Source: Candidatus Hydrogenedentota bacterium (lineage in GTDB: Bacteria; Hydrogenedentota; Hydrogenedentia; Hydrogenedentales; SLHB01). Taken from it: DNA of 64,000 nucleotides. This document shows positions 18,827-28,519 of this stretch, one piece after another; the first letter of the stretch is position 1; the number at the start of each line of letters is the position of its first letter. The position numbers and the translations under genes were made by a program. The notes under the pieces are model-generated. The model ran no database searches. It was given only the letters and a program-made list of their open reading frames with translations, and was not told where the DNA came from. Location of the stretch: positions 352,001 through 416,000 of the forward strand of contig CAXXTH010000017.1 in the NCBI GenBank assembly GCA_963668025.2, read 5' to 3'.

Positions 18827-19461
18827 TGAACGAAAAACAGCGCAATGAATTATCGGCTTATCTAGACGGAGAGGCCTGCCCGCTCAATGACATCGAGCAA
18901 CTATTGCGGGAAGAACCGGAAGCGGCGCGGTATGTAGCGGAGTTAAAACAACTCTCGGCACGGCTGCACACTCTGCCCGCGCCGGAAATCCACCCGGCAT
19001 TCGCCACGCGCGTCATGGCGCGCGTGAAAAACGAGCGTATGGAGCATCGGCGGCCGTGGGCGCGCGTATGGCTGCCCGTGGCTGCGGCCGCGGTGTTCCT
19101 ACTTATGGCGGGAGGATATTGGCTCCAAACAGAAACCGGGCAAGGCCTGTCTGGCACTGAAGTAGTACAGCCTGCGCCCGATATGCTCGCGGAAGCCATC
19201 GAATCACGAATAGAAACGAGTGAGGATTTACCGTCCATCGAACCTCTTCTGCTCACCCCTGATGCGGACGCGGTCTTCTTGCCTCCGAGTGAACAAGAAG
19301 AGACCGTTGTGCTTGCAGCGCTTACGGATTTTTCGCCTAGCGTTCTCGATTCAACGCCGGCGGACGACTTGGAAACCATGCTAGACTCGCTGAGCGACGA
19401 GGAGTCACAAACCCTGTATGCGCTCATTGCCGAGTATGTTGGAAAGGAGGATATGTCATGA
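18823..19461 (+). CDS. Membrane anti-sigma factor
   Basis: ELSAYLDGE N-terminus, one TM helix, overlaps the sigma stop codon. Confidence 0.85.
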   Translation: MMNEKQRNELSAYLDGEACPLNDIEQLLREEPEAARYVAELKQLSARLHTLPAPEIHPAFATRVMARVKNERMEHRRPWARVWLPVAAAAVFLLMAGGYWLQTETGQGLSGTEVVQPAPDMLAEAIESRIETSEDLPSIEPLLLTPDADAVFLPPSEQEETVVLAALTDFSPSVLDSTPADDLETMLDSLSDEESQTLYALIAEYVGKEDMS

Positions 19462-20183
19462 ATCCGCACAAATGGGCTATTTTTATGATGATAGTGTTCG
19501 CCGTGGCGCCTTGGTGTGCGGCTCAGGCCGTTGATCCGCCCAACACATCCGCACCCGTTCCGGCCCCAGCCTCACCTGTTCCAGGGCCGGGCATGCCGGG
19601 CATGGCGCCCAGCGGGCCTCCGGCAGGCATGCCAGGAATTCAACCGCCCCAAGCGGCTGAAGTGCAAGATGCTTTTCCGCCGGATTGGAAAAACAAGGAC
19701 GTGCGAGAGCTGATCGAAATGGCCCGGCTCGCCAAGCTCACCCGGGAAGCCGGGCTTAATGACGAACAAACAATTCTGTTGATCCGCCGCTACGAGGAAG
19801 TTAAGGAGCAAACAGCAGCCCTTGGCAAGGAACGTGCGGAAGCCACCGCGAATTTACGCAAAGTGGTCGAGAGCAATGCCAGTGATGAAGAAGCCGAAAA
19901 AGCGCTCGAAATCCTTCGTGATGTCGACCGCCGGTTTGCTGAAATGCGGATCGGGGCCATCGAACGCTTTGGCGAAGGCCTTACTCCCATGCAGCGCGCC
20001 AAAATGTGCCTTGGCATGCAGGATTTCCGGCAAGATATGATGAAGATGATCGACCACGCCCGTGAACGCCGCCAATCCGCTGATGGCGGGAACGACAAGC
20101 GCCAAATCAACCCTACTACCTGCAGCTCGGATGGACCTGAGACGACTCCTGCTCCGGCGGCTCCCTCCACTCCCCAGCCCTAA
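19458..20183 (+). CDS. Periplasmic Spy/CpxP-like helical protein
   Basis: Signal peptide, LNDEQ and LTPMQ motifs; third gene of the ECF operon. Confidence 0.7.
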   Translation: MNPHKWAIFMMIVFAVAPWCAAQAVDPPNTSAPVPAPASPVPGPGMPGMAPSGPPAGMPGIQPPQAAEVQDAFPPDWKNKDVRELIEMARLAKLTREAGLNDEQTILLIRRYEEVKEQTAALGKERAEATANLRKVVESNASDEEAEKALEILRDVDRRFAEMRIGAIERFGEGLTPMQRAKMCLGMQDFRQDMMKMIDHARERRQSADGGNDKRQINPTTCSSDGPETTPAPAAPSTPQP

Positions 20184-20190
20184 GCCGGAG

Positions 20191-20229
20191 GCCGCCCTGG
20201 GAGGCGCACCATCCCAGCCTCCCAGGGCA
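20191..20229 (+). terminator. Hairpin after the ECF operon
   Basis: GCCCTGGGAGGC...GCCTCCCAGGGC, then ATAGTTTT. Confidence 0.55.
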
Positions 20230-20518
20230 TAGTTTTCCGTCCCAAAAATTATCCGCTCACGATGCGGACATAATTTTTATGGCACCCTAATCCTGCCAGC
20301 GCTCACACTACGGCCTTCTCTTGAACATGCCTTATCAATCACGAAAAATACTGCATTCCAATAATAAAAAAACTGGCGAACCCGAGGATTCACAACCTCA
20401 TCAGCCAGCAACGCTGGCACTGAAGCCCCTCTCAACATAAAGAGCGCTTTTCTTGCTCTCTCTGGCGTATGCGCCAAATTGGAGCATAGAAAAACGCCCT
20501 GCACCCTATCTCTGCGAA

Positions 20519-22087
20519 TTAGCGTTTCCGTGCAGCCCTGCGAGCAGCGATAACACCCAGCCCAATACAGGCCAGCGCAATGACACATCCGCTGGCGGCA
20601 GGCAAATCACCTGCACTATCCACTTCGAGCGTATATGAAGCGCTTTGGACGCCGGTGCCATCATTGAAATATACGGTATAAACGCCGGCATCACCCGTCT
20701 CGATAGAGGTAAACGACAACGTCTGGGAATTCGTTCCCGTTACACGCGGCGCATCATCGGACAGCACCTCACCATCTTTCTCCCAGTGATAATCCGTAAC
20801 ACTGGCCGGGCCAGTCAAGGTGAGCGCTCCACCGGCAACAACCGGGTTCGCGGGATCCGCAGTGATTTCATACGCAGCGGCGACGCCTTGCGAGCCCGCC
20901 CAGGTCTCTGCGCTATTGCCGCTGCTATACGTAGCCGCTACGGAAGTATCGAGCAGTTTGTAGTTCCCTGCCGCCGCATCCACATATAGTGGATCGCTGA
21001 CGTCTAATGCGGTCCAATGCGCACCTGGATCTACGCTTGCAAACTGAAACTCACAATCCTGGAACACGTTATAGTCGTTCGTTATTGTTCCACCAACACC
21101 CCAAGGATCCCAGCAAGCGACGCCTGGATTGATTCCGTAGAAAACAGAATCGGTTAGAACCACGTTCGACTGCCCCGCTAGCATGATGCCCCGAAGGATG
21201 CCCTCAGCTCCTATGGTTTTTACAAAATCACAGTTATCGATGGTGATGTTGGGCACGACAGGGGGGCAATCACCTGGGCGAACCATCACGATGTCCGTGC
21301 CGGATGGGGGCGTGGCCTTAATGAGACACCGATTCATATTGATGTTGATCGTGGTTACCACATCCCAGAGATTAAATGTGCGAATTCCATATCCCGCATA
21401 ATGAACGATTTCACAATCATTCATCGTCAAATTTAGCGCCTCATAAGTGCCAGCAAGATAAAGGGCCATTCCTGTAGCGCTGGCTTCGATCAGGCAGTTA
21501 TTGAAGACAGCGCTGCCGCCCAAGCTGATGACACCAAAATTGTTCCCTTTGATTGTGCAGTTGTTAAAGGTGTTGGTGCTTCTATTGATTTGTCCAATTG
21601 CAGACTCAACATTTTGGCCAGGATCAAACTCGCAATTCTCGAATGTCGTATTATCGCCGAACCTGCACTCAACAATAAAAGACCAGGGTTCAGGACCATC
21701 GCCATTTTTGTCTATTGATTGAAAAATGAGGTTGCGGATGATGCAGCCATTGGGATAGCCGCCAAATGCGAGTGTACAGACGCTATCGCCTCCCCCTTCG
21801 ACAGTGTATCCTCCCTGGCCAATGATAGTAGGTCGGGGATCGAGGCTGGGCGCTCCTTCCAGCGTCACCACTTTATTAATGAGGATGGTCTCTGCGAATG
21901 GAGCGCTATTGTCGATAATGCGAATGGTGTCGCCGGCTACCGCCGCCGATAATGCATCAGTGACACTTGAATATTGGCCAAAGCCAGGCGTGTGCGTCAC
22001 TTCAAGTATGGCGGCATTTGCGGGGGCAAGTGCCAACATTCCAGCGCATAGAATCACCATGACCAAAGAAAATCGCAGAATGCTCAT
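20519..22087 (-). CDS. Secreted beta-helix (pectin-lyase-like) plus Ig-domain protein with a C-terminal membrane anchor
   Basis: Signal peptide, YSSVTDAL...AGDTI, repeated FxNC turns, WEKDG...DAGVY Ig motif, LPAA-TM-RRAARKR tail. Confidence 0.8.
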   Translation of the reverse strand: MSILRFSLVMVILCAGMLALAPANAAILEVTHTPGFGQYSSVTDALSAAVAGDTIRIIDNSAPFAETILINKVVTLEGAPSLDPRPTIIGQGGYTVEGGGDSVCTLAFGGYPNGCIIRNLIFQSIDKNGDGPEPWSFIVECRFGDNTTFENCEFDPGQNVESAIGQINRSTNTFNNCTIKGNNFGVISLGGSAVFNNCLIEASATGMALYLAGTYEALNLTMNDCEIVHYAGYGIRTFNLWDVVTTININMNRCLIKATPPSGTDIVMVRPGDCPPVVPNITIDNCDFVKTIGAEGILRGIMLAGQSNVVLTDSVFYGINPGVACWDPWGVGGTITNDYNVFQDCEFQFASVDPGAHWTALDVSDPLYVDAAAGNYKLLDTSVAATYSSGNSAETWAGSQGVAAAYEITADPANPVVAGGALTLTGPASVTDYHWEKDGEVLSDDAPRVTGTNSQTLSFTSIETGDAGVYTVYFNDGTGVQSASYTLEVDSAGDLPAASGCVIALACIGLGVIAARRAARKR

Positions 22088-22190
22088 GACTAAAATCCTC
22101 CCTTCCAAGTTATGGTTTCTGTGGCCTCATACATTGGTAAAGCCGTCTTCATCGAGCCTGCCCGCTCAAAGAAAATAGCAATCACCCATA

Positions 22191-22241
22191 CTTACACGTG
22201 CAAGTTAATCGTAATATACGTTAGTTCATTCTTGATGTCAA
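22191..22241 (-). promoter_or_regulatory. Sigma70 promoter plus operator for the beta-helix gene
   Basis: TTGACA(22241-22236)-N17-TATATT(22218-22213), then CTTGCACGTGTAAG. Confidence 0.8.
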
Positions 22242-22272
22242 GAGGGTACTTTAGAGAATCTGAAAAAGCATC

Positions 22273-22326
22273 TTGACAACAGGGTTAAAATGAGATATAT
22301 TACGCCTGAGCTTACACGTGTAAGCT
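22273..22326 (+). promoter_or_regulatory. Sigma70 promoter plus operator for the DUF1559 gene
   Basis: TTGACA(22273)-N17-TATATT(22296), then the perfect palindrome AGCTTACACGTGTAAGCT (22309-22326). Confidence 0.8.
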
Positions 22327-22611
22327 GATTGTCGATGCGTTTTGACAGAAGAGAGAACTCGTTAAAAGGGACCTAACTTGCACCAATGCCGCTTTTTTGA
22401 ATGCTTAGATTTATTCTAAGTATGCCGAAGTTTTTTGTTTATCGATATGTTACGGATCCTTATTGCGTTTGCAGAATACCTATCTTACATATAGGCCCGT
22501 AGGAGAGGAAAATTGCTTGCTTCGTAACGTCAGATTTCGTGCGTCATTATGTCTCGAAGAAATTTTGAATAATAGGAATGAGGGGGCATTTTAAATATAG
22601 GAGGAAATGGT

Positions 22612-23703
22612 ATGCGCCAAAATAGCACTAAACACAGCAGTGGTTTCACGTTAATTGAGTTGCTTGTGGTAATTGCGATCATCGCGATTCTAGCAGCCAT
22701 ATTACTGCCTGCGCTCGCACGAGCGCGGGAAGCCGCACGGCGGGCAAGCTGCCAATCCAATCTGAAACAATGGGGCATTATTTTCAAGATGTATGCCGGG
22801 GAGAACAAGAGCGGGTATTTCCCTCCCAAACAGCAATATAGTAATTATGACTGGTTCATTCCGATGGGTGTTGGCGCGCATGAATTGTTTCCCGACTACT
22901 GGAATGACGCCAGCATCGTAGTATGCCCTTCCGACCCGAGGGGTGTCGGCAACAACCCGTTGGCCACCGGCGCTTCCGAGTACTTTTATATGCCGGAAGA
23001 TATCGGCGAGGCAGTGCGAAATGTTGACACCAGCGTGAATCCTGAAGTGGCTAAGGTTTGCCAAATGACCTTGTTGTCCAATCCCACTTCTTATCTCTAC
23101 ACGCCATGGGCCGTACAGACAATGGCGCAATTGTTTGACATCATGTGGCTCGAAGCAGGATGGGCCGGTGTCTACAAAGAAGTGACCGGTGAAACCTATC
23201 CATATCGGGTAGCCTTGTGGCCAGGAGGGGCTGGTAGCGTCGTAGAAAAAGTAGGATGCCCCGCTACATGGCTCTTCATCAATTACTTGCCCTACATAGG
23301 TGAAAAAGATATCACCTCCGACTGGCTCGCCATTGGCGGCTACCGCAATAACCGCGCCAGTGCCGATGAAGATGGCGCTGCACTTCCCTCCCAATATTAT
23401 AAGCTGCGCGAAGGGATTGAGCGGTTTTTCATCACGGATATCAACAATCCCGCGTCAGGCAGCATCGCCCAAAGCCAGTTGCCCGTCATGTGGGACGCAT
23501 GGTCTGAAAATGAGAACACCGCCAATGACTCCGCTATTGTATATTTCAACCATGTGCCCGGCGGAAGTAATGTTCTTTATGTGGATGGACACGTCGAGTT
23601 CGTGCGTTTCGGCTCAAAATTCCCGATACATGTGCCAGAGGACGGAATTTCCATACTCGAAGATTGCCCTGGACGGTTGAACCTATTCGGAGGCTGGGGT
23701 TGA
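22612..23703 (+). CDS. Prepilin-type N-terminal cleavage/methylation, DUF1559, H-X9-DG domain protein
   Basis: [43 protein letters not shown] and [18 protein letters not shown]. Confidence 0.95.
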   Translation: MRQNSTKHSSGFTLIELLVVIAIIAILAAILLPALARAREAARRASCQSNLKQWGIIFKMYAGENKSGYFPPKQQYSNYDWFIPMGVGAHELFPDYWNDASIVVCPSDPRGVGNNPLATGASEYFYMPEDIGEAVRNVDTSVNPEVAKVCQMTLLSNPTSYLYTPWAVQTMAQLFDIMWLEAGWAGVYKEVTGETYPYRVALWPGGAGSVVEKVGCPATWLFINYLPYIGEKDITSDWLAIGGYRNNRASADEDGAALPSQYYKLREGIERFFITDINNPASGSIAQSQLPVMWDAWSENENTANDSAIVYFNHVPGGSNVLYVDGHVEFVRFGSKFPIHVPEDGISILEDCPGRLNLFGGWG

Positions 23704-23923
23704 AAACAGGAGGAAATCCGCCTCGTGTTCCCGTACTCGTAGCATCCATGATATAGCAACACTCGTGGACAAGCATGGCCCTCCTTCCAAAGTCTTTTCG
23801 CATGCTTTGGATGTGGCCGCTTGTCCACTCTGTTCATCTTGAAATATATAAACCAGATGAGACTGAAAAAACATCTCATGAATATAGTAGAATGCTTTGG
23901 CTTTCTTTCATATGGGGAATCTT

Positions 23924-24859
23924 ATGAACGCACCAGCCATTGGCATTATTATCCCGAATTGGAACCGATGCGCCGATACGCTCGAGTGCCTGGATTCGTT
24001 GAGGCTGAGCGCATATCCGCATAGCCAAACCGGCATTTTCGTGAGCGACAACGGCTCGACGGATGGCTCCCTCTCCGCGATACGAGAACGATTCGATGAC
24101 ATGCGCACCCAAAAATGGCGCGAACTGGTTCTTATTGAGAATGGGCGCAACGCCGGATTCGCCGGAGCCGTCAACGCGGCTTATGTCCGCATGGGGCCTG
24201 ATTACGAGTTTATCTTTCTAACGAATAACGATGTGGCGTTCCGGCCGAATACGTTGCAGTGGTTGCTTGACGCCATGCAGCCGGATGATTCCATCGGCAT
24301 TGCAGGCGCGAAAGTGCTGTCATACCGCCATCCTGAAACGCTCGCCCACGGCGCGGGTTATATCCGGCCTTTCTTGTGCGGCACGCGCTCCGTGGATGCT
24401 CCTGAAGCATGCGTTTGTGATTTCGTAACGGGCTGCGCCTTGTGCGTCCGGCGGGCCGTAATCGAACGGCTCGGCGGCTTGCTCGACGAGGAGTATTTCG
24501 CTTATTGGGAAGACACGGACCTGTGCGCGCGGGCGCGGGAAGCCGGTTTCCGTGTGGCCTATTGCCCGGACGCTGAGATACTCCATAAAATCAGCGCTTC
24601 AACGTCCTCCGGTTCCACCCGGCTAACCGCACCCTCCAAGGCTTACCTGGAAACCTTCGGCAAAATGCGTTATGCCCGAAAGCATCTTCCTCTATGGGAA
24701 CGGGCCGTATTTCATGCCCTTTTCGCGATACGGATTCCCTGCTTTATTGCGAGGGCTTTTATATGCGCTCCCCGCCAAGCCTCGCCCGCCGTGCGCGCAT
24801 ATCTGAAGGCGGTCATAGACGGCTGGCGCGGCGGCGCGGGCGGGCCTTATGCGGAATAA
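23924..24859 (+). CDS. Glycosyltransferase family 2
   Basis: IIPNWN, DNGSTDGS, NAGFAGAVN, NND and FAYWEDTDLC motifs. Confidence 0.93.
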   Translation: MNAPAIGIIIPNWNRCADTLECLDSLRLSAYPHSQTGIFVSDNGSTDGSLSAIRERFDDMRTQKWRELVLIENGRNAGFAGAVNAAYVRMGPDYEFIFLTNNDVAFRPNTLQWLLDAMQPDDSIGIAGAKVLSYRHPETLAHGAGYIRPFLCGTRSVDAPEACVCDFVTGCALCVRRAVIERLGGLLDEEYFAYWEDTDLCARAREAGFRVAYCPDAEILHKISASTSSGSTRLTAPSKAYLETFGKMRYARKHLPLWERAVFHALFAIRIPCFIARAFICAPRQASPAVRAYLKAVIDGWRGGAGGPYAE

Positions 24860-24981
24860 GCAAAACCATTTCATCCAAAATGCCGTCCAAACAATGTATA
24901 CGGAAATAGGCAACGGCATATTGGCATCACGCTAGAAATTTTACTATCCTTAGAATCGTTAGAAACGGAGGAGGATTCGCC

Positions 24982-25635
24982 ATGCCAAACACGGCCCCAA
25001 AAATAGAGATGGTGAGCTACAACGCGTTTGCGAAATTGGTGGCGGTGGCGGTTATTTGTGCTGTATCCCTATCGATTCTTGCAGGCGTGCTCGTCTTCGC
25101 TTTGGCGGGCGGATTTGATCGATTTGAAGACCAAGCGCGATACCGCTCGCCGCAAGGCAATGCGCCTCTTGCGCCCAGCGGCGCCTCGATTGCCGTAGCG
25201 GGCCATACCGTTTATGCGCCCGCATACTCCCACATCTATGTCCAGGAAGGCAGCGCCTACCGGCTGGCGGTGACGCTCAGCATTCGGAATACAGACACGA
25301 ATAATCCTATTTTTATAAATTCCGTCATTTACTACAATAGTGAAGGTGCGATGCTTCGCACCTATCTGGATAAACGGCTCGAACTCGCTCCGTTCGCCGC
25401 CGCGGAATTTTTCGTTCCCGAAACAGACACCCAAGGCGGTTCTGGGGCCAGCTTTCTCGTGAAGTGGGACGCCCCCACTTCGGTGAATCCGCCATTAATC
25501 GAATCCGTAATGATTGGCACAAACGGCCAGCAAGGCATCTCGTTTGTATGCACGGGCGTAGTGGCCGATGAAAAACGTCCAACGGACCAGCCTGCGGAAA
25601 CAACCGCCGAAAACTCTCCACAACCTGCGTCATGA
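24982..25635 (+). CDS. DUF3124 domain protein
   Basis: VYAPAYSHIY, TLSIRNTD, GGSGASFLVKW and PLIESVMIG motifs. Confidence 0.85.
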   Translation: MPNTAPKIEMVSYNAFAKLVAVAVICAVSLSILAGVLVFALAGGFDRFEDQARYRSPQGNAPLAPSGASIAVAGHTVYAPAYSHIYVQEGSAYRLAVTLSIRNTDTNNPIFINSVIYYNSEGAMLRTYLDKRLELAPFAAAEFFVPETDTQGGSGASFLVKWDAPTSVNPPLIESVMIGTNGQQGISFVCTGVVADEKRPTDQPAETTAENSPQPAS

Positions 25636-25710
25636 GCGTTGGCATGCGTGGCATCTTACGTGGCCCATGCCTGTTTTTAGTTCTGAGTTTGTAACGCACA
25701 GGGCCTTTTT

Positions 25711-27174
25711 ATGATTCAAATCCCTCAAATCCTCCTTATTGCGGGCGCGATATTATTAGCGAGCGCCGTGGGCAACAAACTGTCTGAGCGTCTGGGCGTG
25801 CCCACGCTGCTGGTGTTCTTGCTGGTCGGCATTCTCGCTGGTTCAGAGGGTCCTGGAGGCATCTATTTTGATAATCCGGAGATTGCGGCGTTTGTAGGCT
25901 CCATCGCCCTTGTCTTCATCTTGTTCGATGGCGGACTGAGTTCCGATTGGCGGCGCATCCGCCCTGTGCTTGGCCGCGGCATCATGCTGTCTACTGTAGG
26001 CGTGGCGGTGACGGCGCTGGTAATGGCCGTGTTTGCGTGGGCAATTCTGGGTCTCCCGATGGTGGATTCTCTCCTCTTAAGCGCCATTATATCATCGACG
26101 GATGCGCCGGCGGTATTCGCCGTTCTCCGTTCGCGGCGCGTGCGCCTGCAAGGGCAATTGGGCCCATTGCTGGAATTCGAGTCCAGCAGTAATGATCCGA
26201 TGGCCGTGTTTTTGACCATTGGACTGCTCCAATATATTACACTGCCGGAGCATTCATGGCTTCAGATGCTCCTGTCGTTTTCTCTAAGCATGCCGATGGG
26301 CATATTGGCAGGCGTGGGCATGGGCAAGCTCGCTTCTTTGTTATTACGCCGTATACGGCTGGACCATGAAGGCCTTTACCCTGTCCTGAGTGTGGCGTTG
26401 GTTCTATTAACTTACGGAGCCAGCGAATGCGTGCATGGAAATGGGTACTTGGCCGTGTATGTGTGCGGCATTGTGCTGGCTGGAAGCGATTTACCCTTCA
26501 AGAGAAGCTTGGTCCGGTTTCATGATGGTATTGGATGGCTCATGCAGATTGCCATGTTCGTGGTGCTTGGGCTGTTGGTTTTCCCAAGCCATCTCTTGCC
26601 TGTGGCGGGGGCTGGCCTGCTCATGGCGTTAGCGCTGATGTTCGTGGCCCGGCCCGCCGCCGTATTGCCGTTAATGCTGGGCAGTGCTTTTTCATGGCCG
26701 CAGCGCATGCTGGTGGCGTGGGTAGGATTGCGCGGCGCAGTTCCTATTGTGCTCGCCACATTTCCCTATACCGCGGGATACCCACATTCCGATCTCATAT
26801 TCAATGTCATTTTCTTTATCGTGCTGGCCTCTTCGCTGATGCAAGGCAGCACAATCATGCTGGCGGCCAGGCGGCTTCATGTGGACGAAACCCTCGTGAC
26901 TCATCCCCGCTACCCCTTGGAGTTTGACAAGAGCGAGGGCAGCCAAAGTGAAACAAGAGAATTTGAAATCCGCCCCGATTCAGTGGTGGTCGGCAAACAA
27001 ATAGCGGAGCTGAAACTGCCGCAAGACGCTCTTATCTTGTTGGTTCGGCGAGGCGGGCGTTTTGTGGTGCCGAAAGGCTCCACGATACTGGACCCGCTGG
27101 ACAACCTCTTGGTGATTGCCGAATCGGCTTCATTTCGCGCCATCGAAGCAATATTAGGTGAAACACGCGCGTGA
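25711..27174 (+). CDS. K+/H+ antiporter (CvrA/NhaP2) with a TrkA-C domain
   Basis: GSEGPGGI, ILFDGG, SSTDA, LEFESSSNDP and GLRGAVPIVLA motifs. Confidence 0.93.
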   Translation: MIQIPQILLIAGAILLASAVGNKLSERLGVPTLLVFLLVGILAGSEGPGGIYFDNPEIAAFVGSIALVFILFDGGLSSDWRRIRPVLGRGIMLSTVGVAVTALVMAVFAWAILGLPMVDSLLLSAIISSTDAPAVFAVLRSRRVRLQGQLGPLLEFESSSNDPMAVFLTIGLLQYITLPEHSWLQMLLSFSLSMPMGILAGVGMGKLASLLLRRIRLDHEGLYPVLSVALVLLTYGASECVHGNGYLAVYVCGIVLAGSDLPFKRSLVRFHDGIGWLMQIAMFVVLGLLVFPSHLLPVAGAGLLMALALMFVARPAAVLPLMLGSAFSWPQRMLVAWVGLRGAVPIVLATFPYTAGYPHSDLIFNVIFFIVLASSLMQGSTIMLAARRLHVDETLVTHPRYPLEFDKSEGSQSETREFEIRPDSVVVGKQIAELKLPQDALILLVRRGGRFVVPKGSTILDPLDNLLVIAESASFRAIEAILGETRA

Positions 27175-27187
27175 TGCGCCGCCGGAA

Positions 27188-27925
27188 TCAGCCGTTCCGC
27201 ACCCAATCGGGTATTTGGGTGATCTGGGTGATGACCTCCACCCCCGGCGCTTCCAGGCGATGGCGTGATTGGTGGCCTTGTGCGATCAGGACACATTGAA
27301 TGCCCATGGCTTGCGCCACTTCATAGTCATGTAACGTGTCGCCCACGAGCAGCACGCGGCCTGGTTCGAGCCTGGAATGGGCCAGCCATACTTGCCCCAG
27401 CTCGACTTTGCTCGCGGCGTAAAAGTCGCCCAGTCCGAGAATGGGGTCCACATACGCCGCGACGCCAAAATGGCGGACGGCCTCCACGAGTGCGCCGTGC
27501 TGGTGGGCAGAGAGAATGGCCTGGGGGATGCCCCGCCGGCGCAGGGTTTCCAACACATCCAGCGCGCCATCGAACAGCGCCGCTTCGTTCCACACCCGCG
27601 ATGTATACTGGGCCACCCATTCATTTGCGGGGCCTTCGAACGGCTCGCGTTCAAGGTCGAATCCCACGGATTTGTAGTAGTCGACAATCGGAAAGGTGAA
27701 TTTGTCGCGATACTCTTCGATGGCCACTAGCGGAAGACCGCGCTGGCGGCACAAAACGTGCAAAATATCCAGGCACAACGCTACGTCATCGAGTAGCGTG
27801 CCATTCCAGTCCCATAAAATATATTGCCATGCTTGGCGGTTGCGCTCGTTCAATCTGATTCTCGCTCCAGTTCGTCCATACGGCCTTCTTTGTGGAAGAT
27901 ATCTACCGCGCTGACGCTTCGGCAT
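27188..27925 (-). CDS. HAD-family phosphatase (start uncertain)
   Basis: WDWNGTLLDD, ILSA and VGDTLHD motifs. Confidence 0.9.
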   Translation of the reverse strand: MPKRQRGRYLPQRRPYGRTGARIRLNERNRQAWQYILWDWNGTLLDDVALCLDILHVLCRQRGLPLVAIEEYRDKFTFPIVDYYKSVGFDLEREPFEGPANEWVAQYTSRVWNEAALFDGALDVLETLRRRGIPQAILSAHQHGALVEAVRHFGVAAYVDPILGLGDFYAASKVELGQVWLAHSRLEPGRVLLVGDTLHDYEVAQAMGIQCVLIAQGHQSRHRLEAPGVEVITQITQIPDWVRNG

Positions 27926-27949
27926 GGTTTTATTGTTCGAAATGGATTC

Positions 27950-28429
27950 CTAGAGCACTTTGATAATAGCCCAGGCCGCCACGAGTATTCCGATGCCCAT
28001 GCCGATAAAACACTTCACGCGGTCTTCTGGAGAACCATCGCTCCGCAAACCCTCGATTGCTGTCCATAAGGCGAACGCCGCTGGCAAGAGGCCGATTAAA
28101 ACAAATTTAGTTTTGCCTAAAATCCCTACCACCACCAAACCGAGCAAGGCCGCATAAAGGCTCGTTTTCCATTCCGCCCGGGGCTGGTAACCGCTCACAC
28201 CCAGCGCTTCCGCGCGGATCTCCGGTTTTCTCTGTTCTTCTGGCCGCAGATAAGGCTCTTCCGCTAACGCATCGAAAGCGGTGCTTTCAGTGGCGTTCGC
28301 CTTCGGCTCGGCCGGAAATTGCTGCGCCGCCGCATGGTCGGCCGCTTCGAGGGCGTCCTGCCCCCCCATCAGCGCCTCGAAACTGGTGGATTCGATGGGC
28401 GTGTTGTTCTTCTCTGGGTCTTGGTTCAT
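27950..28429 (-). CDS. Hypothetical membrane protein
   Basis: Acidic N-terminus, C-terminal TM segments, GGAG RBS. Confidence 0.65.
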   Translation of the reverse strand: MNQDPEKNNTPIESTSFEALMGGQDALEAADHAAAQQFPAEPKANATESTAFDALAEEPYLRPEEQRKPEIRAEALGVSGYQPRAEWKTSLYAALLGLVVVGILGKTKFVLIGLLPAAFALWTAIEGLRSDGSPEDRVKCFIGMGIGILVAAWAIIKVL

Positions 28430-28519
28430 AACCGTATTCTGCTCCTTTTGTTGTTCTGCATAGAGAGGCTGACTCTAACATAGGCGATCCGCGTATGCAA
28501 CGCACGGTGGTCAAGAATC

